From a virus (taxonomy: Duplodnaviria > Caudoviricetes): a DNA stretch of 36,608 nt. The stretch lies in the IMG/VR virus record IMGVR_UViG_3300033153_003791, positions 1 through 36,608 of that record. The stretch is one strand, 5' to 3'. A model generated the notes under the pieces. The model did no database searches. It was not told where the DNA came from and saw only the letters and a list, made by a program, of their open reading frames with translations. Made by a program: the position numbers and the translations under genes. This document shows positions 16,655 through 26,629 of the stretch, in pieces (the first letter of the stretch is position 1; each line of letters opens with the position of its first letter).

Positions 16655-17142
16655 AAAAGCAAACCCCACAAAATAGGGATTCAGTCTCGAAAATCCCAAG
16701 TAAAACACTTTTTCTAAGAGAGTACAAACTATCAGATAAAGAAGAAGTAGTTTTTATGTATTACGAGGCTACTAAAGAAGTATTACTCAACCACGAAATA
16801 AAGCCACTTCAAAACTTCAATGATGTTATAACGAATTGGGAAGAGTGGGGATATGATATAATAGTGACGGAAAACGGTTTAGAATTAACAGGCTTTAGTG
16901 TATGTTGTATTGATACAATGGGCGGAATAGTAGAGCCATATTATCACGCTGAGGTAATCTTCGTAAAGCCAGAGTATAGAAAAGGAAGAAGTGCTTACCT
17001 GCTATACCAACAAGGGTTATCCAAAGCACAGGAAAAAGGAATGTTAGTTGCGACAAACGCTTATGAACACTCTGAGGCTTCACAAATAAGTAAGAAGCTT
17101 GGAGTTAAGACTTACACACACTACGAAAGGAAAGTAAGATGA
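16648..17142 (+). CDS. GNAT acetyltransferase
   Basis: IFVKPEYRKGRSAYLL acetyl-CoA binding motif A. Confidence 0.8.
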   Translation: MVKKQTPQNRDSVSKIPSKTLFLREYKLSDKEEVVFMYYEATKEVLLNHEIKPLQNFNDVITNWEEWGYDIIVTENGLELTGFSVCCIDTMGGIVEPYYHAEVIFVKPEYRKGRSAYLLYQQGLSKAQEKGMLVATNAYEHSEASQISKKLGVKTYTHYERKVR

Positions 17143-17381
17143 TGTTTAAATGTAAAGTACCAATGATAGATGGATTAAGAATAGATGAGGCACACTTCGG
17201 TGGTAAACCAAAAGGACCATCAGCAGCAGAACTTGAAGCACAAAAGGCTCAAAAGCAAGAACTAGCAGACTTGAAAGTGAAAGAAGATGCAAGAACTAAG
17301 GCTTTAAAGAGAAAGAAACGAGGTCGTGCTTCGTTAATCTCTGGTGCAGAGACAGGCGAAAAAGAATTGTTAGGAGCATAA
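17139..17381 (+). CDS. Small virion/assembly protein preceding the portal
   Basis: FGGKPKGP...RGRASLI...ELLG pattern typical of podovirus pre-portal genes. Confidence 0.65.
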   Translation: MMFKCKVPMIDGLRIDEAHFGGKPKGPSAAELEAQKAQKQELADLKVKEDARTKALKRKKRGRASLISGAETGEKELLGA

Positions 17382-17382
17382 G

Positions 17383-17562
17383 ATGAAGTTAGATAATTTT
17401 ACTACATTTAGATGCGATAAGTGCCATTGGCTAAAACAATTCCAACCAGGAATATCATACGAGTCGAAAGATTTTGTTTGTGATTGTAAGGTAGAGAAAC
17501 CTAAAAAGGAGGCTTCAAGTGGCAAACGCAAAGCAACTACTAAAAAGAATAACGAAAGCTAA
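17383..17562 (+). CDS. Small Zn-ribbon protein (59 aa); not in ORF track
   Basis: CDKC...CDC with basic tail; AGGAG RBS. Confidence 0.6.
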   Translation: MKLDNFTTFRCDKCHWLKQFQPGISYESKDFVCDCKVEKPKKEASSGKRKATTKKNNES

Positions 17563-19078
17563 AGAGGCTAAGTTAAAGAGAGAGGGAGAGCTTCAAGAGG
17601 CATATCGCTACATTCTGCCTCTTAGAGACACGATGAAACAGCAAAAAGGTAATGTTATAGAGCGTGGAGTTAAGTTTGACTCAACAGCTTCTAATGCAAT
17701 AGAGAAGTATGCAACTAAACTTCAAAACCTTTTAACTCCTGCTTGGGAAGAGTGGCTAAAGTTTCAACCTGGTAGTGATATACCAGAGGAAGAGAAAGGT
17801 AACATCCAAAAGAAGCTCGACAAGTTATCAGAAGTAGTGTTTAATCATATTCACCGTTCCAACTTCTACACAGCAGAACACGAAGCCTTTTTAGATTTAG
17901 GAATAAGCACAGGCGGAATGATAGTTGAGCGAAATTCAAGAGCCAATGAAGCGTCTTTAATTAATTGTAGGTCCATACCTCTCGAGGAGATTATCCCTGA
18001 GTCAAGTTCAAGAGGCTCAATAGATACAGTTTGGAGAGAGTTTAAAGTCAAAGTGTCTGAAATTAATGATATTTGGCCTAATGCCGTAATACCTGAAACA
18101 GTAAAGCAAAAAGCAGCCGGAAATGAAGATATGGAAATCACAGTCTTTGAGGGTGTAGTGTTTAACGAGAAGAAATCAGATTACACTATGTATGTAATAG
18201 AGAACTCTGAAAAAACTATCATGCACGAAGAAGAGATGGATACTTCACCGTTTATTATCTTTAGAGAGAGTGTAAGACCCGGCGATGTTCTTGGTTTTGG
18301 TAGAGGTTTACGCATCATAGAAGATGTTAAGACTTTAAACAAGTTAGCAGAGAACGCATTAAGAGCAGATGGTATAAACTCAATGCCAATCTTCACAGCA
18401 GTAGATAGTGGCTCGTTTAATCCTTACAATGTTGTCTTACAGCCAGGTAGTATTATTCCGGTAAGTTCTAACGATACAGCTAACCCATCGCTAAGACCTT
18501 TGGAAGTATCAAGTGGGTATCAGTTATCAGAGAATAGAATGGACCAACTAAGAGCAGTAGTAAATGAAATATTCTTAGCTAACCCGTTTGGAAACATCGA
18601 CCAGACTCCAGTAAGAAGTGCAACAGAGATAGCTGCAAGAGAAGCAGATGTATTTCAATCAACCGCCGCAGCATTTGGTAGGCTTCAAACAGAGTTCTTA
18701 GAAAAGTTTATGAGAAGAGTAATCCAAATTCTAAAAGATGAGGGAAAAGCACCGGACATTAAACTTGATGGTAAGTTAGTTGGGATTAAGTTCACATCAC
18801 CGTTTGCTAAGATGCAAGGTAGTGAGAAAGTTAAAAATGTTATGCAATGGATTGGTTACTCATCATCAATGGGTCCAGAAGTTATGAAAATGGGGATGAA
18901 GATGGACCAGATACCAGGCTACATAGCAAAAGAGATGGGAATAGACCAAGAACTCTTCAACACCCCAGAAGAAGTAGAGAAGATTAAGCAACAAGTTGGT
19001 GCAGCAGTGCGACAACAAATGGAACAAGGTGGACAGATGCCTCAAACCGAAGAGCCTCAACAGCTTCCGCCAATATAA
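17519..19078 (+). CDS. Portal (head-tail connector) protein
   Basis: FDSTA, HRSNFY, DLGxxTG, GFGRG, RSATEI, FGRLQTEFL motifs of T7-like portals. Confidence 0.95.
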   Translation: MANAKQLLKRITKAKEAKLKREGELQEAYRYILPLRDTMKQQKGNVIERGVKFDSTASNAIEKYATKLQNLLTPAWEEWLKFQPGSDIPEEEKGNIQKKLDKLSEVVFNHIHRSNFYTAEHEAFLDLGISTGGMIVERNSRANEASLINCRSIPLEEIIPESSSRGSIDTVWREFKVKVSEINDIWPNAVIPETVKQKAAGNEDMEITVFEGVVFNEKKSDYTMYVIENSEKTIMHEEEMDTSPFIIFRESVRPGDVLGFGRGLRIIEDVKTLNKLAENALRADGINSMPIFTAVDSGSFNPYNVVLQPGSIIPVSSNDTANPSLRPLEVSSGYQLSENRMDQLRAVVNEIFLANPFGNIDQTPVRSATEIAAREADVFQSTAAAFGRLQTEFLEKFMRRVIQILKDEGKAPDIKLDGKLVGIKFTSPFAKMQGSEKVKNVMQWIGYSSSMGPEVMKMGMKMDQIPGYIAKEMGIDQELFNTPEEVEKIKQQVGAAVRQQMEQGGQMPQTEEPQQLPPI

Positions 19079-19087
19079 GGAGAGTAA

Positions 19088-19381
19088 ATGTCAGTAGCAG
19101 GAGAACATATTATCAAAGCAAAGGGATGGGAACAATTCGACCAAGCCTCAGAAGACAGTAGCGAACAACTAAACACACAGCGATTAGAAATCTCACATAA
19201 AATCGCAAAGTTATACAACAGTAAAGCAGGTAAAGAAGTGCTTAATTTGATGGTTAATCAGTTTCTTTTAACAGATATTGCAACTCCTCACGATACACAA
19301 GTTGGTATTGGGATTAAACAAGGTCGTGCTGATGTAGTTAAACAGATATTAGCACACATAGAGATTAGTAATAACTCATAA
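19088..19381 (+). CDS. Bbp19-like protein
   Basis: GKEVLxxM...QGRxDVVxQI; lies between portal and scaffold. Confidence 0.7.
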   Translation: MSVAGEHIIKAKGWEQFDQASEDSSEQLNTQRLEISHKIAKLYNSKAGKEVLNLMVNQFLLTDIATPHDTQVGIGIKQGRADVVKQILAHIEISNNS

Positions 19382-19427
19382 ACTATGGCATAGCTTGACT
19401 TGTAAGCCCGTATAAAAAGGATACCAT

Positions 19428-20129
19428 TTGGAAGAAAATACAAATGCCCAAGACAATACACAAACAGAGACACCAAGTTGGTTTTATCAATCGCCTACAG
19501 ACGACAATAAAGGAGTCGGAGGAAACGGTGAAGTTCCAGACTGGTTGAAAGTAGATAAGTATAAATCAGTTGAAGACCAAGCAAAAGCTTATCCTGAATT
19601 AGCGAGTAGATTTGGAGGTTTTGAATCATCCCCTGATGAATATAGTATGCCAGAGGGATATGAGGATGGAAGTTTAGATGAGGGGATGCTTGACATACTA
19701 AAAGCAGCCGGAAAAGAACATCAAATGGGCCAAGGAATGTTTAATGATCTTGTTACGAAACTTAATGAACAACAAACTACGCAAATGGAACAAGGCAAAA
19801 AAGACGCTATGGAGGCACTAGGTGAAAACGCAGAGGCAAGAATCCAAAATGTAAATGATTGGCTTAATGTAAATGCACCAAAAGAGATTGTAGAAATGGT
19901 TGTACCAATGGGACACACAGCAGAAGCAATCCAAGCATTAGAGTTCTTTATTGATAAATCTAAAGGTAGCAAAGTAGCAGACAGTAACGCTCAACCTGCA
20001 AACAAGTTATCTCAAACAGAGTACGCAGATATGCTAATGGCTAAAGATAATCACGGTAACTTAAGAATAAGTGTTGATCCTGCTTACAAGAAGCAAATGG
20101 ATGAAATGACTTTACAAATGCAAGGATAG
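19428..20129 (+). CDS. Capsid scaffolding protein
   Basis: DKYKSVEDQAKAYxEL...PDEY...DPAYKK; position before the capsid gene; TTG start with AAGGA RBS. Confidence 0.85.
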   Translation: MEENTNAQDNTQTETPSWFYQSPTDDNKGVGGNGEVPDWLKVDKYKSVEDQAKAYPELASRFGGFESSPDEYSMPEGYEDGSLDEGMLDILKAAGKEHQMGQGMFNDLVTKLNEQQTTQMEQGKKDAMEALGENAEARIQNVNDWLNVNAPKEIVEMVVPMGHTAEAIQALEFFIDKSKGSKVADSNAQPANKLSQTEYADMLMAKDNHGNLRISVDPAYKKQMDEMTLQMQG

Positions 20130-20203
20130 AGGGTTACTCCTCTTCCTCATAAAAGAAAAATAGGCATAAAATTGCTTAAAAATTAGGCAGTCGAGAAAAA
20201 CTA

Positions 20204-20212
20204 TGGTACAAT
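20204..20212 (+). promoter_or_regulatory. Extended -10 promoter of the capsid gene
   Basis: TGG-TACAAT upstream of a ~140-nt leader. Confidence 0.65.
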
Positions 20213-20358
20213 ATGGCAGATATTTAATCTACAAACCTACAGATACCTCATTGAGCCTGAAAGTTTGGATGTTAGCAGCTAGAGTTGCAGCCTCCTGATT
20301 TTCAGGAGATACCCAAAACTGATAGCAATAATCTAAAAACTTAAACAAAGGGTATAAA

Positions 20359-21243
20359 ATGAGTCAATTCTTAAATACAATCGCTGTAACTCAATTTGAT
20401 ACTATGACGAAACACGATTATCAATCAATGGGTGTTCTTCGTGGTACTTTCAGACAGAGAAACAATGTAACGGGTGAAAAAGCAACATTTAATAAAATGG
20501 GCAAAGGTCAAGCGAATGAGCGTACAGCTCCATCTTCTGATGTAATCGCAATGAATGTAGATCACAACAAAGTAACGGTAACTTTAAAAGACTATGAGGC
20601 TTCTGAATATACAGACATCTTCAAGCAAAAAGAAGTTTTACCTGACGAAGTAAGTGAATTATCTACAACAATCAAAGGTGCGATTGGTCGTACAAGAGAT
20701 CAACTATGTATCAATGCTTTAGCAGCAGGTACTTATGATAGTGCAGCAGGAAACGGTGCAACAGTTCTAACTTCGGTTGGTGGTGCTGATACCGGTATGA
20801 ATATCACTAAGCTTTTAGCAATTAAAGAGTGGATGGATGATAATGAGGTTGATGATGATGGAAGATATATCGCTATCAATGCAAATGGTTTTAAAACACT
20901 ATTAGGCGAAACTCAATTAACTTCAAGTGACTACAACACAGTTCAAGCATTAGTTCGTGGAGAGATTAACACTTTCTTGGGATTTACTTTTGTAAGAATC
21001 GGTAAGCGTGTTGAGGGTGGTTTACCTCACGATGGTGCAGGAACTTATCCAACAACAGGTGATGTTGTAGATGGTTTTGCTTGGCAAAAGAAAGCAGCAG
21101 GTGAAGCAATCGGAATTGATATGCAAACTTCTGTAGACTGGGTAGCTTCTAAAAAGTCTCACTTATCAAGTGGTGATTATAAAGGTAACGCTATTATTAT
21201 CGATGAAGTTGGTATTGTCAAAGTACAATACACAATGATTTAA
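20359..21243 (+). CDS. Major capsid protein
   Basis: AIGRxRDQ, LTSSDYNTVQALVRGEINTFLGFTF motifs of BPP-1-like capsids. Confidence 0.93.
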   Translation: MSQFLNTIAVTQFDTMTKHDYQSMGVLRGTFRQRNNVTGEKATFNKMGKGQANERTAPSSDVIAMNVDHNKVTVTLKDYEASEYTDIFKQKEVLPDEVSELSTTIKGAIGRTRDQLCINALAAGTYDSAAGNGATVLTSVGGADTGMNITKLLAIKEWMDDNEVDDDGRYIAINANGFKTLLGETQLTSSDYNTVQALVRGEINTFLGFTFVRIGKRVEGGLPHDGAGTYPTTGDVVDGFAWQKKAAGEAIGIDMQTSVDWVASKKSHLSSGDYKGNAIIIDEVGIVKVQYTMI

Positions 21244-21253
21244 GGAGGATTAG

Positions 21254-21505
21254 ATGGCTTTTGATAGAGATAATTTTGCAAGTGCAAGTGTAGCACAAGG
21301 CTCGGCAGCTCCAAAACTGTTTACTTATATTACGGGAACGGACAATAAGGCAACAACAGGGGGAAGTGGTTATTTTAACGGTGTTGAAAATATGTTATCA
21401 GCAGGAGATTTTATATTTTGTGTTTCTTCTGATGGTGCAGAAGTTGTTGGAGTTGCTGCTAACACAGCAGGTGTAATAACAACAATAAGTGCCGCTTTAG
21501 CGTAA
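21254..21505 (+). CDS. Capsid decoration/minor capsid protein
   Basis: GYFN...LSAGDFIF; directly follows the capsid gene. Confidence 0.7.
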   Translation: MAFDRDNFASASVAQGSAAPKLFTYITGTDNKATTGGSGYFNGVENMLSAGDFIFCVSSDGAEVVGVAANTAGVITTISAALA

Positions 21506-21514
21506 CTTTTTAAA

Positions 21515-21534
21515 GAGTGTCTTTCGAGGCACTC
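21515..21534 (+). terminator. Hairpin after the capsid genes (attenuator/stabiliser)
   Basis: GAGTGTCT-TTCG-AGGCACTC, 8-bp stem with UUCG loop; no U-tract on the + strand. Confidence 0.6.
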
Positions 21535-21549
21535 GCATAAGGAGTTCTT

Positions 21550-22107
21550 ATGGCTTTCTCAAAAGTAACAATCGCATCAAACGCATTAGTTTTATTAGGT
21601 GATGAGCCAATATCATCTTTTACAGAAGAGGGAGCAGGGTCAAGAGTTGCAGCCAACTTATATGAAACTGCTTATCTCAGTATGTTGTCTTCTCACAGAT
21701 GGAACTTTGCTACTAAAAAAGCCTCACTCTCTAAATTAGCAGCAACACCACAAAACGAATATCAATTCCAGTACCAACTTCCAACCGATATGGTTATGGT
21801 TATCACTACTTATCCTGCAAGTATATATAGAATACTCGGAGACAAACTTTATAGTGATGCTCCATCTATTGAAATTGACTACATTTGGAAAGTAACAGAG
21901 GACCAGTTCCCTGCTTATTTTGTAAAAGCTTTTGAGTACAAATTAGCTGCAGAGTTTGCAGTACCAATAACAGAAGATTTAAACAAAGTTGATATAATGA
22001 CTAGATTATATGAAAGAGAATCAAGACAAGCAAGATATGCTGATAGTCAATCTGCTCCAAATGTACCGATTGTTGATGATCCTTATATAAGAGTGAGACA
22101 TATATAA
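21550..22107 (+). CDS. Tail adaptor (T7 gp11/tubular protein A-like)
   Basis: NALVLLGDEPI, HRWNFA, YQLPTD motifs. Confidence 0.9.
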   Translation: MAFSKVTIASNALVLLGDEPISSFTEEGAGSRVAANLYETAYLSMLSSHRWNFATKKASLSKLAATPQNEYQFQYQLPTDMVMVITTYPASIYRILGDKLYSDAPSIEIDYIWKVTEDQFPAYFVKAFEYKLAAEFAVPITEDLNKVDIMTRLYERESRQARYADSQSAPNVPIVDDPYIRVRHI

Positions 22108-23774
22108 TGGGAAGAAGTAGAGTTATTCAGCACTCTTTCAATGGTGGGATACTTTCTCCTACTGCTTTTGGCAGAGTAGATATTAACAAATACTACACTT
22201 GTATAGGTGATGGATTAAATGTAAACGCTCATCCTCACGGTGGAGCATTTAAACGCAGTGGACTTAAATACATTGATGAACTTGATGGCGATGGAAGATT
22301 AATTAAATTTGCTTTTAATGTAAATCAAGCTTACACCTTAGCTTTTACAAACACAAACATTGCTGTATATAAAGATGATGCTTTTGTTCAAGATGTTACT
22401 ACTACTTACACATTGGCACAAGTCCAGGAGATAGGGTTTGCACAATCAGCAGACACTATGATAATCACTCACGAAGACCACATACCACGAAAACTTGTAA
22501 GAAATAGCGGAACTGGTGTATGGAGTATTTCAGACATCACTCTTTCCAACATACCAACTTATGATTTTGGCTCTGGAGCAGAAGCGGTTATCTCTGTAAC
22601 AAGAGGCTACCCAAAAGTCTGCACATTCTTTGAAGCGAGACTATGGTATGCAGGATTAAAGTCAAGACCTCAAACAATACTAGGGAGCAAGACAAACAGC
22701 TTCTATAATTTAGACGAGGGAACAGGACTTGCTGATGAAGCAATCAACGATACTTTAGATACAGACCAAATCAATCCGATTGTAAATATCTTTCCAGGTA
22801 AACAACTATTAGTATTTACAGAGGGCGGAGAGTTTAGTAATTCAGCTAAACCGATAACACCAGAAGATAGTGCTTGGGTAAGGCACACAAACTATGGAAG
22901 TTTAGCAGGAATAAGACCGGAACTATTAGATGGCGCAACACTCTTTATGGATAGAACAGGTAGAAACTTAAGAGAGTTTATTTTCTCATTCGCAGAAGAT
23001 AGCTACACTTCACAATCAGCTTCAACTTTAGCATACGATATTATCTCAGCACCGGTAGATACAACATTGGTCAGAGGTACAGCAATAGACATATCAAATC
23101 TTGTTTTACTTGTGAATGATGATGGAACGATAGCGGTATTTAATACATTAAGGGCAGAAGAAGTTGCAGGATGGACCAGATGGAACACCGATGGTTTATT
23201 TAAGAGTGCAGAAGCGGTTTATGATGATTTATACTTCATAGTCAGCAGAGATAACGGTTACTTCTTAGAAAAATACAACGCAGATGTTTATTCAGACTCT
23301 CACATTGAAGTAGGAGCAGGTGGACCAACAATATCAGGACTCTCTCATTTAGAGGGACAAACAGTACAAATAATCGCTGATGGCTCAGTAATGGAAGACC
23401 AAGTAGTATCAAGCGGTGAAGTAACAACAGAGAGAACTTTCACAACAGCAAATGTTGGTTTAGGTTTTAACGCAGAGATTGAAATGTTACCTATTTCACC
23501 TAATATGGGTGGAGGAAGTAGTGTTAATCGCCACAAAAGAATACTAAAAACTACTCTAAGAATACAAGACACTCTTAATATGAAAGTTAATGGCAAAGTC
23601 GTACCGTTTAGAAAGTTTGGAGAAGATATTTTAGACTCAACTCCTGCACCATTTACAGGAATAAAAGAGTTTAGACACTTAGGATTTGGAAGATTAGAGA
23701 ACTTTACAATCTCTTCTGATACAGCTACACCGTTTAAATTATTATCCGCAGAGAGCGAGGTACAATCAAAATGA
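22107..23774 (+). CDS. Tail nozzle (T7 gp12/tubular protein B-like)
   Basis: SFNGGILSP..GRVD, AQSAD, GYPxxxTFFEARL, GWTRW. Confidence 0.9.
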   Translation: MGRSRVIQHSFNGGILSPTAFGRVDINKYYTCIGDGLNVNAHPHGGAFKRSGLKYIDELDGDGRLIKFAFNVNQAYTLAFTNTNIAVYKDDAFVQDVTTTYTLAQVQEIGFAQSADTMIITHEDHIPRKLVRNSGTGVWSISDITLSNIPTYDFGSGAEAVISVTRGYPKVCTFFEARLWYAGLKSRPQTILGSKTNSFYNLDEGTGLADEAINDTLDTDQINPIVNIFPGKQLLVFTEGGEFSNSAKPITPEDSAWVRHTNYGSLAGIRPELLDGATLFMDRTGRNLREFIFSFAEDSYTSQSASTLAYDIISAPVDTTLVRGTAIDISNLVLLVNDDGTIAVFNTLRAEEVAGWTRWNTDGLFKSAEAVYDDLYFIVSRDNGYFLEKYNADVYSDSHIEVGAGGPTISGLSHLEGQTVQIIADGSVMEDQVVSSGEVTTERTFTTANVGLGFNAEIEMLPISPNMGGGSSVNRHKRILKTTLRIQDTLNMKVNGKVVPFRKFGEDILDSTPAPFTGIKEFRHLGFGRLENFTISSDTATPFKLLSAESEVQSK

Positions 23775-24166
23775 ATTTAGCTAAACTCGAGCAAAGCATA
23801 CAAGTTCAAGAGCAAATAGACTTAGAGACAAAACATACATTTTCGCCAGGTTTATATATTAGAGAACTTCACATACCTAAAGGTGTTTTTATTATTGGCA
23901 AAAGGCATAGACACAAAACAATGAATATGTTAATCAAAGGCAAAATGACTATCTATGATGAGAATGAAACTTTTGAAGTAGAAGCACCATTTATAGCAGA
24001 GAGCGAAGCTTTCACTAAAAAAGCAGGATTAGCACACGAAGATAGTGTTTGGATTAACATTCACGCAACAAACGAAACTGATTTAGATATAATAGAAAAA
24101 GAATTTATTATTGATGAAGAAGAGTTTTTACAATTACAAAAAGAGGAGTCCTTATGTCTTGGGTAA
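23771..24166 (+). CDS. Cupin-fold protein in the tail module
   Basis: HTFSPGLYIREL.IPKG..IIGKRHRH...WINIH. Confidence 0.7.
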   Translation: MNLAKLEQSIQVQEQIDLETKHTFSPGLYIRELHIPKGVFIIGKRHRHKTMNMLIKGKMTIYDENETFEVEAPFIAESEAFTKKAGLAHEDSVWINIHATNETDLDIIEKEFIIDEEEFLQLQKEESLCLG

Positions 24167-24591
24167 CAGTAGCAGTCACAACAGCGATAGCATCTACAGC
24201 AATAAGTGCTTATGGTGCTTATTCAGCAGGAGAGGCACAAGAAGCAGCATCAGAGGCACAAGCAAGACAAGCAGAGTCAGACGCAACCTCTCAGCTAATT
24301 GATAGAAAAAGAGCATTAATTGAAACAATGGCTGCACAAAATGTTGGAGCAGCGGCACAAGGTCGCACAATATCTTCAATCAGCACATTACAAGAAGAAG
24401 ATGTAAGACGAGCAGGATATGACGAAACTCTTATCACAGCCGGAGGTCAAGCACAAGCCGGAGCATACAGAGCAGCAGGGAAAGCAGCGAAAACACAAAG
24501 CTATATAAAAATGGGAAGTTCTCTTCTCTCAGGTGCATCAAGGGTAGCAGGACTAAAAGCACCTCCAAAAGCACCGGCTAAAGGACAATAG
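24154..24591 (+). CDS. Internal virion (ejection) protein, gp14-like
   Basis: Ala/Gly-rich with hydrophobic N-terminus; position. Confidence 0.75.
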   Translation: MSWVTVAVTTAIASTAISAYGAYSAGEAQEAASEAQARQAESDATSQLIDRKRALIETMAAQNVGAAAQGRTISSISTLQEEDVRRAGYDETLITAGGQAQAGAYRAAGKAAKTQSYIKMGSSLLSGASRVAGLKAPPKAPAKGQ

Positions 24592-26628
24592 ATGCCATTA
24601 CCAAGATACAAACCATCAGAAGTAAGAGCAGTAACCGGAGCAAGTGCAGTCGCTCATCAAGCAAAAGCACAGACTTGGGAGAGCCTTTCTCAAACATTAG
24701 AGTTGTGGGGTGATGTAGCTTTCAAAGAAGCGAAAGAAATACGAACTCAAGAGGGTAAAGAACAAGCAGTAATTGATGTTCAAAAAGGCGAATTCAAAAC
24801 ACCTGAAAGCGGATATACAGTCTATGATAAAGCATACAAAGACGCAGGACATACAGCATACTCTTTAAAAACAAAAGCGGATGCGAAAGATTATGCAGAC
24901 AACTTAGTAATAGAACTTAGTAAAAACCCTGAAACAAGAAACAACCCAGAAGTGTTTAGAAAAACATATCAAAAATATTCTCAAGCAATACTAGCAGACT
25001 CTCCTGATGAGTATAGTAAAGCAATCGCACAACAAACACTATCTGTTTACGAAGATGCAACAGCAAACAATTTAGCAAAAGACAGGCAAGAAGTAACTTT
25101 TAAACAAGACAAAGAAACTTATATCGCAGGTTTAAAACTATTAGAGAGTGAATTTGTAGAAGCTGTTAAAAATAAAGAAGATGATAAAATAATACAACTT
25201 TCAGAGCAAATCGCTTCACTTCAAGAAAGAGCCATTGCTGAAAAATGGGTAACAGAAGAGAGTGTAAAAGTTTTTGGTAAAGAAATCGCTCAAAAAGCTT
25301 ACACAGATAAAACGATAGTTGAATTTAAAGAAGCTATGGAAAATGGCAAAGCTGAAAAATACATAGAAAGCTTTGAGAAAAAGAAGCATAGCGGAATTTA
25401 TGATGAGCAAGAGAAGATAAAAGTTAAAAATTTAATGTTATCAGAGTATAGTAAGAAACTAAAACTTATAAAAGCAGACCAAAGCCTCAACACTAAACAA
25501 AACACTATAACAGTTGATGAAGCTATCAAAGTTAACAAAGATGGAAAGATACCAACAAATGAAAAAGACGCAGACAAAGCAGTTCTTACACTAAGCGAGA
25601 AAAAACAACACGAATATTTTATGGCAAAAGCAGTAAGAGCAGAAGTATCTAAAAATCAGCACTTATCATTTTTAGAAATTGAAGAGAAACTAAACGAGAG
25701 AGAAGCAGATAAAACACAGTCAGCATTTGATGTAGAATTAACTAAAGAATTAAGAGCGACATTCAATGCTAAAAAAACTCTTGCTAAGAAAGATCATATC
25801 TCTCTTGCAGTACAAGATGAAATAATCTCAGACGAGGGAATTGTATCTTGGGATGATGTATCAATGCTTAGTGGTAGAATACTTCAAAGCGATATGGCAT
25901 CAGACCAATATGGAACACCTGCAAACTACTTGAAGTTAGCAGAGGTTGATGGAATTGTATCGAAAATGAATGATATTGAAACAACAGTCGATGAAAAAAT
26001 GGAGTTTTTAGAAAGCATAGAAGCGATAATACCAGAGAATAGTGATGTAGCATACAGACAATTATTCAAAAAAGGTGCAGGAACATACGCTTTTGCAGGA
26101 AATATGCTCACAAATGGCAATAAAGAAGTAGCAAGACTTTCAATTTTAGGCAAAAACGCTGATGTTGCATTAGAGCCTGACTTCCAAAACACTCTTAAAA
26201 ATAAACTTGCAGGTGTTTATGGTGGATATGGTAGCGATACATTCAACCAAAACTATCAAGGCATACTAAGCTATGCAAAAGGGTTGGCATTGAATGGTGA
26301 GCCTACTGATGATTTTGAAGCAATCGTTACAAATTCTATCGGAGAAATCGAAACTTACAATAATAAAAAAGTTATAATTCCTTATGGTGTGGATAAAGAT
26401 GATTTTGAGGATTGGTTGGATGGCATAGAGATACCAGGCAGACCGATACTATCAAAAGGGCTTCAAGATATGACAGATATGTTTGCTACAGGTAACTATC
26501 AGCTACACCACGCAGGAAGTGGTAAGTATTATGTTAAGATTGTAAATGATGGAAGTTCTTATTTTGCAAGAGATACAGAAGATAAAACAAAGCCTTTCGT
26601 TTTAGACTATAAGCAGAAAGATAAATAA
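24592..26628 (+). CDS. Internal virion (ejection) protein, gp15-like
   Basis: MPLPRY start; 678-aa helical ORF; position. Confidence 0.7.
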   Translation: MPLPRYKPSEVRAVTGASAVAHQAKAQTWESLSQTLELWGDVAFKEAKEIRTQEGKEQAVIDVQKGEFKTPESGYTVYDKAYKDAGHTAYSLKTKADAKDYADNLVIELSKNPETRNNPEVFRKTYQKYSQAILADSPDEYSKAIAQQTLSVYEDATANNLAKDRQEVTFKQDKETYIAGLKLLESEFVEAVKNKEDDKIIQLSEQIASLQERAIAEKWVTEESVKVFGKEIAQKAYTDKTIVEFKEAMENGKAEKYIESFEKKKHSGIYDEQEKIKVKNLMLSEYSKKLKLIKADQSLNTKQNTITVDEAIKVNKDGKIPTNEKDADKAVLTLSEKKQHEYFMAKAVRAEVSKNQHLSFLEIEEKLNEREADKTQSAFDVELTKELRATFNAKKTLAKKDHISLAVQDEIISDEGIVSWDDVSMLSGRILQSDMASDQYGTPANYLKLAEVDGIVSKMNDIETTVDEKMEFLESIEAIIPENSDVAYRQLFKKGAGTYAFAGNMLTNGNKEVARLSILGKNADVALEPDFQNTLKNKLAGVYGGYGSDTFNQNYQGILSYAKGLALNGEPTDDFEAIVTNSIGEIETYNNKKVIIPYGVDKDDFEDWLDGIEIPGRPILSKGLQDMTDMFATGNYQLHHAGSGKYYVKIVNDGSSYFARDTEDKTKPFVLDYKQKDK

Positions 26629-26629
26629 A

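Noticed and set aside
21230-21260. Programmed frameshift or readthrough extending the capsid protein
   Set aside because: No slippery heptamer, and the next gene has its own strong AAGGAGG RBS.
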